This document shows, piece by piece, positions 40,783-49,567 of a stretch of 64,000 nt of DNA (its first letter is position 1; each line of letters begins with the position of its first letter). Under the pieces are notes generated by a model. That model saw nothing but the letters and a program-made list of their open reading frames with translations. It was not told the origin of the DNA and did not search any database. The translations under genes and the position numbers were made by a program. This stretch comes from Candidatus Omnitrophota bacterium (GTDB taxonomy: Bacteria; Omnitrophota; Gorgyraeia; DTHP01): contig JAMWCW010000004.1 in NCBI GenBank assembly GCA_023819145.1, forward strand, positions 9,935 to 73,934, given 5' to 3'.

Positions 40783-41255
40783 TGTTCACACTCAAGAAAA
40801 ATTTTACAGCATTTATTCTGCTAACATTTTACATTGCTCCTATTTATATCCTGGCAGAGGAAAATCCAGAATTAAATTTTACCAGTGAACTAAGTAAAAA
40901 TAGGATAAAAATGGGAGAAAACGTTATCCTTACTGTAACTATCTCAGGAGCGTATAAAGTTCCGCCGGAAATTAAACTACCCAATCTCTCAGATTTCACT
41001 ATCATCTCATCTAATCAATATTCCTCTTATAATATCAAAGAAAAGAAATACGAAGCAAAGACCAAATATGAGATTCATCTTTTACCAAAAAAACCAGGAA
41101 CTTTCTCTATCGGTCCCATAGAATTACACTACGCCCGTCAGGTATATAAAACGCAGATTCTTACGCTGGAAGTTTTACCATCTAAAGAATATGAAGAATC
41201 TCCTTTACCTAAAAAAGAAATTCCTTGGAAGGATAAAAAAGGCATCATTATTTAA
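40782..41255 (+). CDS. BatD-like N-terminal domain protein (secreted/membrane)
   Basis: 157 aa; signal/anchor then a beta-rich domain (VILTVTISGAYKVPPEIKLP...FSIGPIELHY) resembling the BatD N-terminal domain. Confidence 0.35.
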   Translation: MFTLKKNFTAFILLTFYIAPIYILAEENPELNFTSELSKNRIKMGENVILTVTISGAYKVPPEIKLPNLSDFTIISSNQYSSYNIKEKKYEAKTKYEIHLLPKKPGTFSIGPIELHYARQVYKTQILTLEVLPSKEYEESPLPKKEIPWKDKKGIII

Positions 41256-41266
41256 ATAGGAAACCC

Positions 41267-42193
41267 ATGCTTAAAGAATTAAATAAAATAGTGGACAAGA
41301 TAGTTTATCAATGCATGGGTTACCAAAGAGGAGAAAGGATTCTGATTATTACTGATGATAAATTGGTAAAAATTGCTAAAATTTTTTACGAAAGGATTAA
41401 AAACCTCGGCATAGAAATTTCGCTTATGTGTATACCCCCGCGTTCGGTTCACGGTGAAGAACCTCCTCCAGAAGTAACTTTCGCATTGAAAGCTACCAAT
41501 GTAGCATTATTAATCACTTCTAGATCACTATCCCACACCTACGCAAGACAGTCTGCTTCAAAAAAATATGGCGTAAGAATAGCTTCGATGCCAGGAATAA
41601 ATCTCGATATTCTTAAACGCAGTTTGAATCTAGATTACAAAGAACTTAGTAATAAAACCAATAGATTAGCAGTGGTTATAAACAGAGGTAAGAATATCAG
41701 GGTTAAGACAAAAAAGGGGACAGATGTAAATTTTTCTATAAAGGGGAGAAAAACTTTAGAAGATAATGGTTTATATATACAAAAGGGTGCATTTGGCAAC
41801 TTACCTGCTGGAGAAGTGTGCATTGCCCCTTTAGAAGGAACTACGCAAGGAATACTTTTAATAGATGCGAGTTTTGCTATGTTAGGAAGATTGAGAAAGC
41901 CCATAGAATTAGAAGCTAAAAATGGAATTGTTGTGAAGATTAATGATACGAGATTGAAAAGATTATTATCGAGAATGGGAAAATCTGCTTTAAATATTGC
42001 AGAATTTGGCATTGGTTTAAATCCTAAGGCAATAATCTCTGGGAATATCCTTGAGGATGAAAAAGCTACAGGTACTGCCCATATTGCTTTAGGCGACAAT
42101 CTTTCTTTTGGAGGTAGGACGAAAGCAAAATGTCATTTAGACGGAGTATTTCTAAACCCAGAGGTCTGGGTAGATGAAGAAAAAATAATATAA
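41267..42193 (+). CDS. M29-family aminopeptidase (thermophilic metalloprotease-like), short form
   Basis: 308 aa; NLPAGEVCIAP and ILEDEKATGTAHIALGDN match the M29 PsGEvf.aP / DEKigGtvHiAlG signatures. Confidence 0.55.
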   Translation: MLKELNKIVDKIVYQCMGYQRGERILIITDDKLVKIAKIFYERIKNLGIEISLMCIPPRSVHGEEPPPEVTFALKATNVALLITSRSLSHTYARQSASKKYGVRIASMPGINLDILKRSLNLDYKELSNKTNRLAVVINRGKNIRVKTKKGTDVNFSIKGRKTLEDNGLYIQKGAFGNLPAGEVCIAPLEGTTQGILLIDASFAMLGRLRKPIELEAKNGIVVKINDTRLKRLLSRMGKSALNIAEFGIGLNPKAIISGNILEDEKATGTAHIALGDNLSFGGRTKAKCHLDGVFLNPEVWVDEEKII

Positions 42194-42240
42194 TAATCTT
42201 TCTTCTTTTTTATTCTTCTCCATAAAAAATTAAACTTTCC

Positions 42241-42302
42241 CACGGCGTCACCCGTTATTTTTTATTAGGGCACAATGCCACGGGCATTTTTAAGACGCCG
42301 TG
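42241..42302 (+). repeat. Structured repeat copy A: 9-bp perfect inverted arms CACGGCGTC/GACGCCGTG enclosing a ~40-nt conserved core
   Basis: Core ACCCGTTATTTTTTATTAGGGCACAATGCCACGGGCA, shared with copy B about 115 bp downstream. Confidence 0.6.
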
Positions 42303-42353
42303 CATTTTCTATTTTATATAACACTTTCTTTGCAATTTTTATTACAATATTTT

Positions 42354-42426
42354 CACCGGGTGCCACCCGTTATTTTTATTAGGCACAATGCCACGGGCAA
42401 TATTTAAGGCACCCAGGTATTTTTTT
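42354..42426 (+). repeat. Structured repeat copy B: inverted arms GGGTGCC/GGCACCC around the same core, followed by a T7 run (possible intrinsic terminator)
   Basis: Core ACCCGTTATTTTTATTAGGCACAATGCCACGGGCA; arms differ in sequence from copy A but keep perfect pairing; TATTTTTTT at 42419-42426. Confidence 0.6.
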
Positions 42427-42728
42427 AATTATATTTTAAGCAAATTCCATACCAAAATAAAGAAAATCAAATAAACAAATGTTTAATATATATAAGTTAT
42501 TGATAATAAACATACTTATAGAATAAGAACTTTCTTAAGCTAAATTCTTCTCTTATACCTGAGTTAGAAAAAGTTGGTTACTTTTTTTACTATTATCAAC
42601 AAGCGAAAAAAATAATTTACATATACCTTCCGTAACTATATGATAATTAGATAAATAACCTAAAACAGAGAATAAGGAAATTGTAAATAAAAGTTTCCCT
42701 ATATGTAATTTTTATTTCCTTTTTTCCC

Positions 42729-42757
42729 TTGACAAATATTCTCTTTATTAATATTAT
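42729..42757 (+). promoter_or_regulatory. Predicted sigma70-type promoter (TTGACA-17 nt-TATTAT) for the PG-binding lipoprotein gene
   Basis: TTGACA at 42729-42734, 17-nt spacer, TATTAT at 42752-42757; RBS AAAGGAG at 42786-42792 before ATG 42800. Confidence 0.45.
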
Positions 42758-42799
42758 TATATCTAAAATCTATTCAATTAAAAAAGAAAGGAGCGAGAT

Positions 42800-43198
42800 A
42801 TGAAGAAAAAGGGGATAGTCGTTTGTTTTTTGTTCGCATTTATTTTTATTTCAGGATGCGCGAAGAAGAAAGAAGAAATTAGAATCTTTGAGCCTGAGGA
42901 ATTTGAATCCGAAACCAAAGAAATCGAAACTATAAAAATAGTTCCTCCCGAAATAAGCACCTCACCATCTCCTACTCCTGAGGAGGAGAAAATATTACAT
43001 AACCAAAAGATACAGAGGGCCTTAAAAATCAGCGGTTTCTACACTGGAGAAATTGACGGGAAAATTGGTCCTAAGACACGTGAAGCTATTCGTAAGTTCC
43101 AAGCAGCGAGAGGACTAAAGGTAGATGGTATAGTTGGACCTAAAACATGGCAAGAATTAGAGAAGGTTCTTGTCTCTCAACCCTCATCTTCTCAGTAA
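42800..43198 (+). CDS. Lipoprotein with a C-terminal peptidoglycan-binding domain (PG_binding_1)
   Basis: 132 aa; lipobox FISGC; Pro/Glu-rich linker; LKISGFYTGEIDGKIGPKTREAIRKFQAARGLKVDGIVGPKTW, the classic PG-binding repeat. Confidence 0.8.
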   Translation: MKKKGIVVCFLFAFIFISGCAKKKEEIRIFEPEEFESETKEIETIKIVPPEISTSPSPTPEEEKILHNQKIQRALKISGFYTGEIDGKIGPKTREAIRKFQAARGLKVDGIVGPKTWQELEKVLVSQPSSSQ

Positions 43199-44601
43199 TC
43201 TAACTGTTCATAGGAATAAAACTTTCTTGTTATTGAGGGACGATAAGATAATTTTGTCTTTCTTATATTCTCTAAACCCGAATCATCCATAGTATTGATA
43301 AACTTAAAATTCTTTAACCTTCTGCAGAATTCAGAAAACATATATTGAGCAATTCCCTTAAATCTAAAATCTACCACTTCCGCAAATATGCAAAAATTAT
43401 CCTGATCTAAAGGGTACCCAAAGCTGTACCCTTTAATTTCACCTCCTATTTCCAATACAATACCTTCCAAATCTAATAATTCATAATCAGATAATAATCG
43501 ACGTTGGGCAAAGAAATTATCTTCGATAAGCAAACGGTAATGTTCAGATTTATATTTCTTCAACCTATCTCCTGTCCACAATTCATATAGTTTAAGACAC
43601 TCACTACCGTCTTTAGAAGTGAGTTCTCTAATTTTCGCAGGGTAGTTCTTATGAAAATAATTATAAGCACAACGCTGGGATTTAAAACCATCACCTTTTA
43701 GCTCTGCAATTTTTAAACTCTCATATATGTATTCTAAATTCACGCATTTTAATTTGAAATTATTCTGTTTAAAGAAATCAGAATAATGAACGGTAACGTT
43801 ATCTATTCTCATATTTTTTCCCAAAAAACTTTTACCAAAATTGATGGCTTGAGGAGAAATTGTTTTACCAAGAGGAGGCAAAATAAGAAAAGAACTTTCT
43901 CCTTGCTTACAAAATACTAAAAGATTATTATCCACTACCTCCCAAAGTAAATAAGCAATGTTTCTCCAGCTATATAAATATTCAAAAGCGTAACTAAAAT
44001 TTTTCCCATCTTCTGTTAAGAATTTATTAAAGAGTTCCTTGTCTTTTAAAGAAATCATTTTTAAATTTGTTTCTTTACCAAAAATTTTAGAGCTAATTTT
44101 ATCTAGGATACCAAAAGTAAAAAAATTTGTATTATAATCCATTATTAATCCTGGATTTTGGTAAACTGTTTCGAAATTTTCTTCATTTTCTAAAATAGAT
44201 TTCAGTCTTTTGGCAAAGTTAAGAAAAATATTCATATCTTTATCTCTTAAATATGGACATTGCAAATCTATCCCTAAGTGAACCTCTGTATAATCTTCGT
44301 TGTAAAATAAAACAAAAGGATACAACCTACAATCTAATGGTCTTTCATTATAGATTAAACATTTTTTCTGATTAGAATTAAAAAATGGACAGACATAAAA
44401 GTTTCTATTTTTGATACCTCTTAAATTAATGCCATAAGAATTAATAAAAGAAGGTAAAAATTTATAGCATTTATATTTATCAATCTCTCCTTTAAGTATA
44501 AAAGGAGCCCATGGACTAAATTCGTCTATAAAACGACAGCAGACTTCGCATTTTAGGCAGATTTCTTGGGGAATAAATTGAGGAATAAAGAAAGTTTCCA
44601 T
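43192..44601 (-). CDS. Fusion protein: N-terminal CxxCxxCC (YkgJ/FliB-like Zn/Fe-chelating) domain + C-terminal DUF2156 (MprF aminoacyl-PG synthase C-terminal-like, GNAT fold) domain
   Basis: 469 aa; N-terminus CLKCEVCCRF...VCPFF...KCLIYNERPLDCRLYPF matches PF03692; C-terminal ...YAFEYLYSWRNIAYLLWEVVDNNLLVF...ILPPLG... and ...IGGEIKGYSFGYPLDQDNFCIFAEVVDFRFKGIAQYMFSEF resembles DUF2156/LPG_synthase_C. Confidence 0.5.
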   Translation of the reverse strand: METFFIPQFIPQEICLKCEVCCRFIDEFSPWAPFILKGEIDKYKCYKFLPSFINSYGINLRGIKNRNFYVCPFFNSNQKKCLIYNERPLDCRLYPFVLFYNEDYTEVHLGIDLQCPYLRDKDMNIFLNFAKRLKSILENEENFETVYQNPGLIMDYNTNFFTFGILDKISSKIFGKETNLKMISLKDKELFNKFLTEDGKNFSYAFEYLYSWRNIAYLLWEVVDNNLLVFCKQGESSFLILPPLGKTISPQAINFGKSFLGKNMRIDNVTVHYSDFFKQNNFKLKCVNLEYIYESLKIAELKGDGFKSQRCAYNYFHKNYPAKIRELTSKDGSECLKLYELWTGDRLKKYKSEHYRLLIEDNFFAQRRLLSDYELLDLEGIVLEIGGEIKGYSFGYPLDQDNFCIFAEVVDFRFKGIAQYMFSEFCRRLKNFKFINTMDDSGLENIRKTKLSYRPSITRKFYSYEQLDY

Positions 44602-44691
44602 ATAATATGTCTCATTACTTACTCTTTACAAGATATTTTATATATTATAAAATTAAATACAGAAGTTTTTCCATCTAAAAATTGCTTAAAT

Positions 44692-45747
44692 ATGAAACAG
44701 GATATAAAAAATTTAACTATTGAGGAATTGGTAAACTATCTATCCTTAAAAGGAGAAAAAACCTACCATGCTAAACAGATTGCTACTTGGATATACAAAA
44801 AGGATTTATACGATTTCACTAAGATGACCGATATATCTCTACAACTAAGAGAGAAGTTGATAAGCGATTTTTATATTGGGAAAATAAACTTAACCGAAGA
44901 AAAGATTTCGGAAATCGACTCTACGCGAAAATTTCTTTTTCAATTGAAAGACAACCGTCTAATCGAATCCGTACTTATCCCTAACATTAACCGCCTCACT
45001 GCCTGCATATCCACACAAATAGGGTGTAAATTTGGTTGTGTATTTTGTCTAAGCGGAGCAAGGGGTTTTATCCGTAATCTTTGTACCGGAGAAATTGTAA
45101 ATCAACTACAATCAATTATCTATATTTTAAAAAATAGCAATAACTTACAAAAAGGAATTCTAAATCAAAGGGTTAATAATGTAGTGTTTATGGGGATGGG
45201 AGAACCTTTAGATAACTATAAAAATGTAATCAAAGCAATCAAAATTATCAACCATCCTTATGGTTTAAATATTGGCGCAAGAAAAATCACTATTTCGACA
45301 TGCGGTTTACCTGAGGAAATAAAAAAACTCAGTCAGGAAAATATCCAGGTGGAACTATCTATTTCTCTTCACGCACCAACCGATAGCCTACGGAATAGAT
45401 TAATGCCTATAAATAAAAAATTCTCCCTTAAGGAATTAATTCCTATCTGTAGAAAATATTCTCTGGATACGAAGCGCATAGTTACCTTTGAATATGTGCT
45501 AATAAAAGACGTAAATGATAGTAGAGAAAATTTAGAAGAATTGATAAAATTATTACAAGGTTTTAAATGGAAGGTAAATCTGATAATCTATAATCCTTCT
45601 AGAAAAATGAAATTTCAACCATCTTCTATGGAAAGAGCAATTTTGTTCCAAAAGGGATTAAAAATCGCTGGCATAATCGCTACCATAAGACAGTCTAAAG
45701 GAGAAGACATAGGAGCGGCTTGCGGACAACTTGCTCTAAGAATATAA
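44692..45747 (+). CDS. rlmN: 23S rRNA (adenine2503-C2)-methyltransferase RlmN (radical SAM)
   Basis: STQIGCKFGCVFCLSG (CxxxCxxC) ...VVFMGMGEPLDN...; start at ATG 44692 (the ORF-track start 44566 would overlap the divergent gene). Confidence 0.9.
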   Translation: MKQDIKNLTIEELVNYLSLKGEKTYHAKQIATWIYKKDLYDFTKMTDISLQLREKLISDFYIGKINLTEEKISEIDSTRKFLFQLKDNRLIESVLIPNINRLTACISTQIGCKFGCVFCLSGARGFIRNLCTGEIVNQLQSIIYILKNSNNLQKGILNQRVNNVVFMGMGEPLDNYKNVIKAIKIINHPYGLNIGARKITISTCGLPEEIKKLSQENIQVELSISLHAPTDSLRNRLMPINKKFSLKELIPICRKYSLDTKRIVTFEYVLIKDVNDSRENLEELIKLLQGFKWKVNLIIYNPSRKMKFQPSSMERAILFQKGLKIAGIIATIRQSKGEDIGAACGQLALRI

Positions 45748-45751
45748 AAAC

Positions 45752-47536
45752 ATGAAGAGAAAAATTATAATACCTATTATAATCGCATTACTATTACTAG
45801 GAGGGTGTCTCCCAAATCAGAAAACCACCAAAGAGTTAAAAAAGTGCCATACCGCAGATAAATTTATTCTACAAAATGGATTAACTATCGTCGCTAAAAA
45901 AACACACCATTATAATTTAATAAGCATAGAGCTACTTGTCAAAACAGGCTCAGCACGAGAAAGAGGCTATTTAGGCACAGGAATTTCTCATTTCTTAGAA
46001 CATCTTATCTTTAAAGGAACTGAAAACTATACGACAGGAGAAATTGCCCGAAAGATAAAACTTCTGGGAGGGGAAATAAATGGTTTTACCAGCCATGATT
46101 ATACTTCCTTTTGTATAACTGTCCCCAAAAACAATGTAGAAGAAGCACTAAACATTTTAATCAATTCGGTTTTAAAACCACAACTGAAGGAAGAAGATTT
46201 TGAAAAAGAACGTCAAGTAATATTAAAAGAAATGCTTATTGAAGAAGATGATCCTCAGCGGAAACTCTATCGGTTATTCTGGAACAACTTTTATCAAGCT
46301 CATCCCTACAAACATCCAATCATCGGTTATCCAGAATTGTTTTCACAATTAACTTTAGAAGACATCGTCACTTACCACAAGAGAAATTATATCCCCAATA
46401 ACATTATTCTCAGTATCGCTGGAGATTTTGAAAATAGTTTTATTGAAAATGTAAGAAGGAAACTCTCCGAAATAGAAAGGGCTAAGGAAATAGAGCCTGT
46501 AAATATAACTGAACATTTCCATCTATCTCCTTACGACTATGAGGAAGAATACCCTACAAAACTAATGCATCTTATACTGGGGTTCCCCGGAATAGAAATT
46601 AATCATCCCGACCTTTACGCATTGGACCTATTAGCTACTATTCTTGGAGGAGGAAGAAGCTCGCGCTTATATGACAGAATGAAAATTAAGGAAAATCTTG
46701 CCTATACTATTTCTTGCTTTAATCACACTCCTAAGGAAAAAGGAATATTAGGAATATATGTAACTGGAGAATACAAAAACAAAGAAAAAATTATTGAACA
46801 TGTGTTGGAAGAAATAGAAAAGATTAAAAAACAAACCATTTCCTACCGTGAGCTTAATAAAGCGAAGAACATATTATTAAACCAATTTTATCTTGCCCAC
46901 GAAACAGTAGAGGATCAAGCACACCAGCTAGCAATTGGAGAATTATTTACAGGCCAACCGGAATTCTATTCTTTCTACATAGAAAAAATTAAAAAAGTTA
47001 GCCCACAAGAGTTAAAAATAATCACATATAAATATCTACTTAGAGATAGTTTGGTGGTTGTTTCTCTGAAACCCTCAGGAAATTATGAACATAGAGATAA
47101 AAATCAAAAAACTAACGAAGATATCGGAAATATAGAAAAAATTAATCTTAAGAACGGATTAACTCTGTTGATTAAAGAAGAACATTTTTCCCCCACTATC
47201 TATATCAACGCAGTTTTTCTAGGAGGATTGAGATTAGAGAGTAAAGAAAATAATGGAATTTTTAATCTTTTAGCAAATCTTCTTCTGAAAGGAACAAATA
47301 ATAAAACTGCAGAAGAAATTAATCGCCTTATAGAAGAAAATGGGGGGAGTTTAGAAACCTTCAGTGGGATAAATAGTATAGGCATATCTATAAATATTAA
47401 TAGTAAAAACATCCGCAAGGGAATTCGCTTGCTTTCAGAAATAATTAAATATGCAAATTTTCCAGAAAAGGAATTGGAAAAAGAAAAGAAACAAATACTA
47501 GCAAGAATAAAAGAGAGAGAGAAGAAGACCCTGTGA
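45752..47536 (+). CDS. M16 family zinc peptidase (pitrilysin/PqqL-like): first M16 pair plus the N-domain of a second pair; apparently truncated by a frameshift
   Basis: 594 aa; signal peptide/lipobox LLGGC; HFLEHLIFKGT (HxxEH) ...EREQVILKEMLIEEDDPQ...; a second unit starts about 47100; the stop lies inside an AAAGAGAGAGAGAAGAAG run. Confidence 0.8.
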   Translation: MKRKIIIPIIIALLLLGGCLPNQKTTKELKKCHTADKFILQNGLTIVAKKTHHYNLISIELLVKTGSARERGYLGTGISHFLEHLIFKGTENYTTGEIARKIKLLGGEINGFTSHDYTSFCITVPKNNVEEALNILINSVLKPQLKEEDFEKERQVILKEMLIEEDDPQRKLYRLFWNNFYQAHPYKHPIIGYPELFSQLTLEDIVTYHKRNYIPNNIILSIAGDFENSFIENVRRKLSEIERAKEIEPVNITEHFHLSPYDYEEEYPTKLMHLILGFPGIEINHPDLYALDLLATILGGGRSSRLYDRMKIKENLAYTISCFNHTPKEKGILGIYVTGEYKNKEKIIEHVLEEIEKIKKQTISYRELNKAKNILLNQFYLAHETVEDQAHQLAIGELFTGQPEFYSFYIEKIKKVSPQELKIITYKYLLRDSLVVVSLKPSGNYEHRDKNQKTNEDIGNIEKINLKNGLTLLIKEEHFSPTIYINAVFLGGLRLESKENNGIFNLLANLLLKGTNNKTAEEINRLIEENGGSLETFSGINSIGISININSKNIRKGIRLLSEIIKYANFPEKELEKEKKQILARIKEREKKTL

Positions 47537-48363
47537 TGTACGCAATTAAACTTGTTAAACATACTCTCTTCACTACTCATCCATACGGCATGGATGTCTT
47601 AGGAGAGAAAGAAACCATCGAAAAGATTAAAAGAGAAGATATTGTTAACTTATACCATAAAATATTTAATCCTAAAAACTGTGTAATTGCTATCTGGGGA
47701 GACTTTAACAAAAAAGATGTATTAAAAGAACTTAAAAGTTGTTTCTCCCGTTGGAAACCAGCAGAGAATTTCCTTGCATTAAAAAGCACAAAAGAATCTC
47801 CTATAGATAAACCTCAAATAAAAAAAGAAATAACAGAGAAAAAACAAGCGATAGTTGCTTTAGGTTTCCAAACCGTTTCAATCTATGACCCACACAAATT
47901 TGTCTTTGAAGTCCTGGAAAACATGTTGAGCGGATTGGGAAATAGACTGTCTGAAAAAATTAGAGAAAATTTTGGTCTGGTTTATTTTGTTGATGCTTAC
48001 AATACTACAGGACTGGATACAGGATATTTCATTATAATAGCTTCTACCGATAAAAGTAACTCAGAAAGGGTAAAAGAATTAATTTTTGAAGAAATTGAGA
48101 AAATTAAAAATTCTGGTTTTTCTAATGAGGAATTGGTTCGTTCTAAGGCATATCTAATCGGCAGAAAAAATAGATCATTACAGACCAAAAAAAATTCTGC
48201 TCTTATTAGTTCATTACATGAAATCTATGGACTGGGATTTGATTATTACAAAGACTACGAAGAAAAAATAGGATTGGTATCACAAAAGGAAATAAATAGT
48301 ATTTTAGAAACATATTTCAAAGATAATAATTATGTACTAGTTGAGTTATTACCAAAGGATTAG
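47533..48363 (+). CDS. M16 peptidase C-terminal portion (likely the continuation of the upstream M16 gene after a -1 frameshift)
   Basis: 276 aa; VMYAIKLVKHTLFTTHPYGMDVLGEKETIEKIKREDIVNLYHKIF is the mid-domain motif of an M16 unit. The same frame read upstream through the (AG)n run gives ...REREEDPVMYAIK..., an EEDP motif like the first unit's EEDDPQ. Confidence 0.75.
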   Translation: MMYAIKLVKHTLFTTHPYGMDVLGEKETIEKIKREDIVNLYHKIFNPKNCVIAIWGDFNKKDVLKELKSCFSRWKPAENFLALKSTKESPIDKPQIKKEITEKKQAIVALGFQTVSIYDPHKFVFEVLENMLSGLGNRLSEKIRENFGLVYFVDAYNTTGLDTGYFIIIASTDKSNSERVKELIFEEIEKIKNSGFSNEELVRSKAYLIGRKNRSLQTKKNSALISSLHEIYGLGFDYYKDYEEKIGLVSQKEINSILETYFKDNNYVLVELLPKD

Positions 48364-48371
48364 AATATAAA

Positions 48372-49226
48372 TTGAATATGTTCAGTACTTGTGGTAAAAT
48401 TATTCCAATGGAAGATAATAATTTTATTCGCCCTCCTTATGTAGCAGGACAATTTTATCCAGGCCAAAAAGAACCTCTGATTAAACTTCTTGATAAGTTA
48501 ATTGAGCATGATATTTCCAAAGAAAAAATCATGGGAATTGTATCTCCTCATGCCGGTTATATTTACTCCGGCCCTGTTGCCGGAGCTGGCTTTTCCAAAG
48601 TCATTATTCCCGAAAAAATAGTCCTCATAGGCCCTAACCATAGCGGTCTGGGAAAATCCTTTAGCCTTATGCCTGAAGGAAAGTGGATTACCCCCTTGGG
48701 AGAAGTATCTGTCGATAAAGAAATTACATCTCATATTCTGGAAACCTCACGCTATTTAGAAAGAGATTATCTTGCCCATAAATACGAACATTCTCTAGAG
48801 GTGCAAATTCCTTTTATCCAATATCTTAAGAAAGATTTCTCCATCATTCCCATAATTATAAGTGAAGCGCCTTTATCTCTTTATCAAGATTTAGGAAAGG
48901 AATTAGCGCAGATATTGAAACCTTGGCAAAAGAATATTCTCATAGTTGCCTCTTCAGATATGACTCATTATGAAAGTCGTAAAGTAGCAGAACAGAAAGA
49001 TAAACTTGCCATTGATGCTATAATTTCTCTAGATGAAGATTTGCTCTACGAACAGGTTAACAAATATAATATAAGTATGTGTGGATATGCTCCTTGCATT
49101 GTCATGCTTGCTACATTAAAAAACTGGGGAGCAAAATCTGCGAGTTTAATAAAATATCAAACAAGCGGTGATGTTTCCGGAGAATATACCTCAGTAGTAG
49201 GATACGCTAGTATAATTGTTAAATAA
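48372..49226 (+). CDS. Memo1-like / AmmeMemoRadiSam system protein B homolog
   Basis: 284 aa; ...YVAGQFYPG...GIVSPHAGYIYSGPVAGAGF...EHSLEVQIPFIQY...SSDMTHYES; conserved His/Asp metal-site pattern of Memo/extradiol-dioxygenase class III fold. Confidence 0.8.
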   Translation: MNMFSTCGKIIPMEDNNFIRPPYVAGQFYPGQKEPLIKLLDKLIEHDISKEKIMGIVSPHAGYIYSGPVAGAGFSKVIIPEKIVLIGPNHSGLGKSFSLMPEGKWITPLGEVSVDKEITSHILETSRYLERDYLAHKYEHSLEVQIPFIQYLKKDFSIIPIIISEAPLSLYQDLGKELAQILKPWQKNILIVASSDMTHYESRKVAEQKDKLAIDAIISLDEDLLYEQVNKYNISMCGYAPCIVMLATLKNWGAKSASLIKYQTSGDVSGEYTSVVGYASIIVK

Positions 49227-49567
49227 TGGAAAACGAAGGAAAAAAAATAGACAGTGATTGGAAAGAACAGGTAGAAAAAGAGAAACATCAATATTCTGAG
49301 CATCAAAATGATCAGTCTTCGGCAGCGAATTTCAACTTTTTTATCACTAGCCTCGCGATGCAGGCAATGATAGCAATGGGAGAAATAGAAAACCCCGTTA
49401 CAAATAGAAAAGAGAAGGACCTTAATCAAGCAAAATATCTTATTGACATCCTGGGAATACTTAAAGAAAAAACAGAGAATAATCTTAATGAAGAAGAGAA
49501 CAACTTGCTGGATAATCTCTTATATCAGTTAAGAACAACCTTTATAAAAATTTCCAATAAAAAATGA
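49226..49567 (+). CDS. DUF1844 domain-containing protein
   Basis: 113 aa; FFITSLAMQAMIAMGEIENPVTNRKEKDLNQAKYLIDILGIL matches the DUF1844 core. Confidence 0.6.
   Translation: MENEGKKIDSDWKEQVEKEKHQYSEHQNDQSSAANFNFFITSLAMQAMIAMGEIENPVTNRKEKDLNQAKYLIDILGILKEKTENNLNEEENNLLDNLLYQLRTTFIKISNKK

Noticed and set aside
42238-42426. Possible CRISPR array
   Set aside because: There are only two repeat copies, each is itself an extended dyad with a large loop, the spacing is about 115 bp with no uniform spacer, and no cas genes are present in the window.
44566-44691. Longer rlmN start at 44566 and rluA start at 21574
   Set aside because: Both extensions overlap neighbouring genes and add non-homologous residues; internal ATGs (44692, 21634) match the family N-termini.
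47533-48363. Treating 47533-48363 as an independent M16 peptidase gene
   Set aside because: It begins mid-domain relative to M16 architecture, and the upstream same-frame sequence continues the domain through the (AG)n run; a frameshifted single gene is more plausible.
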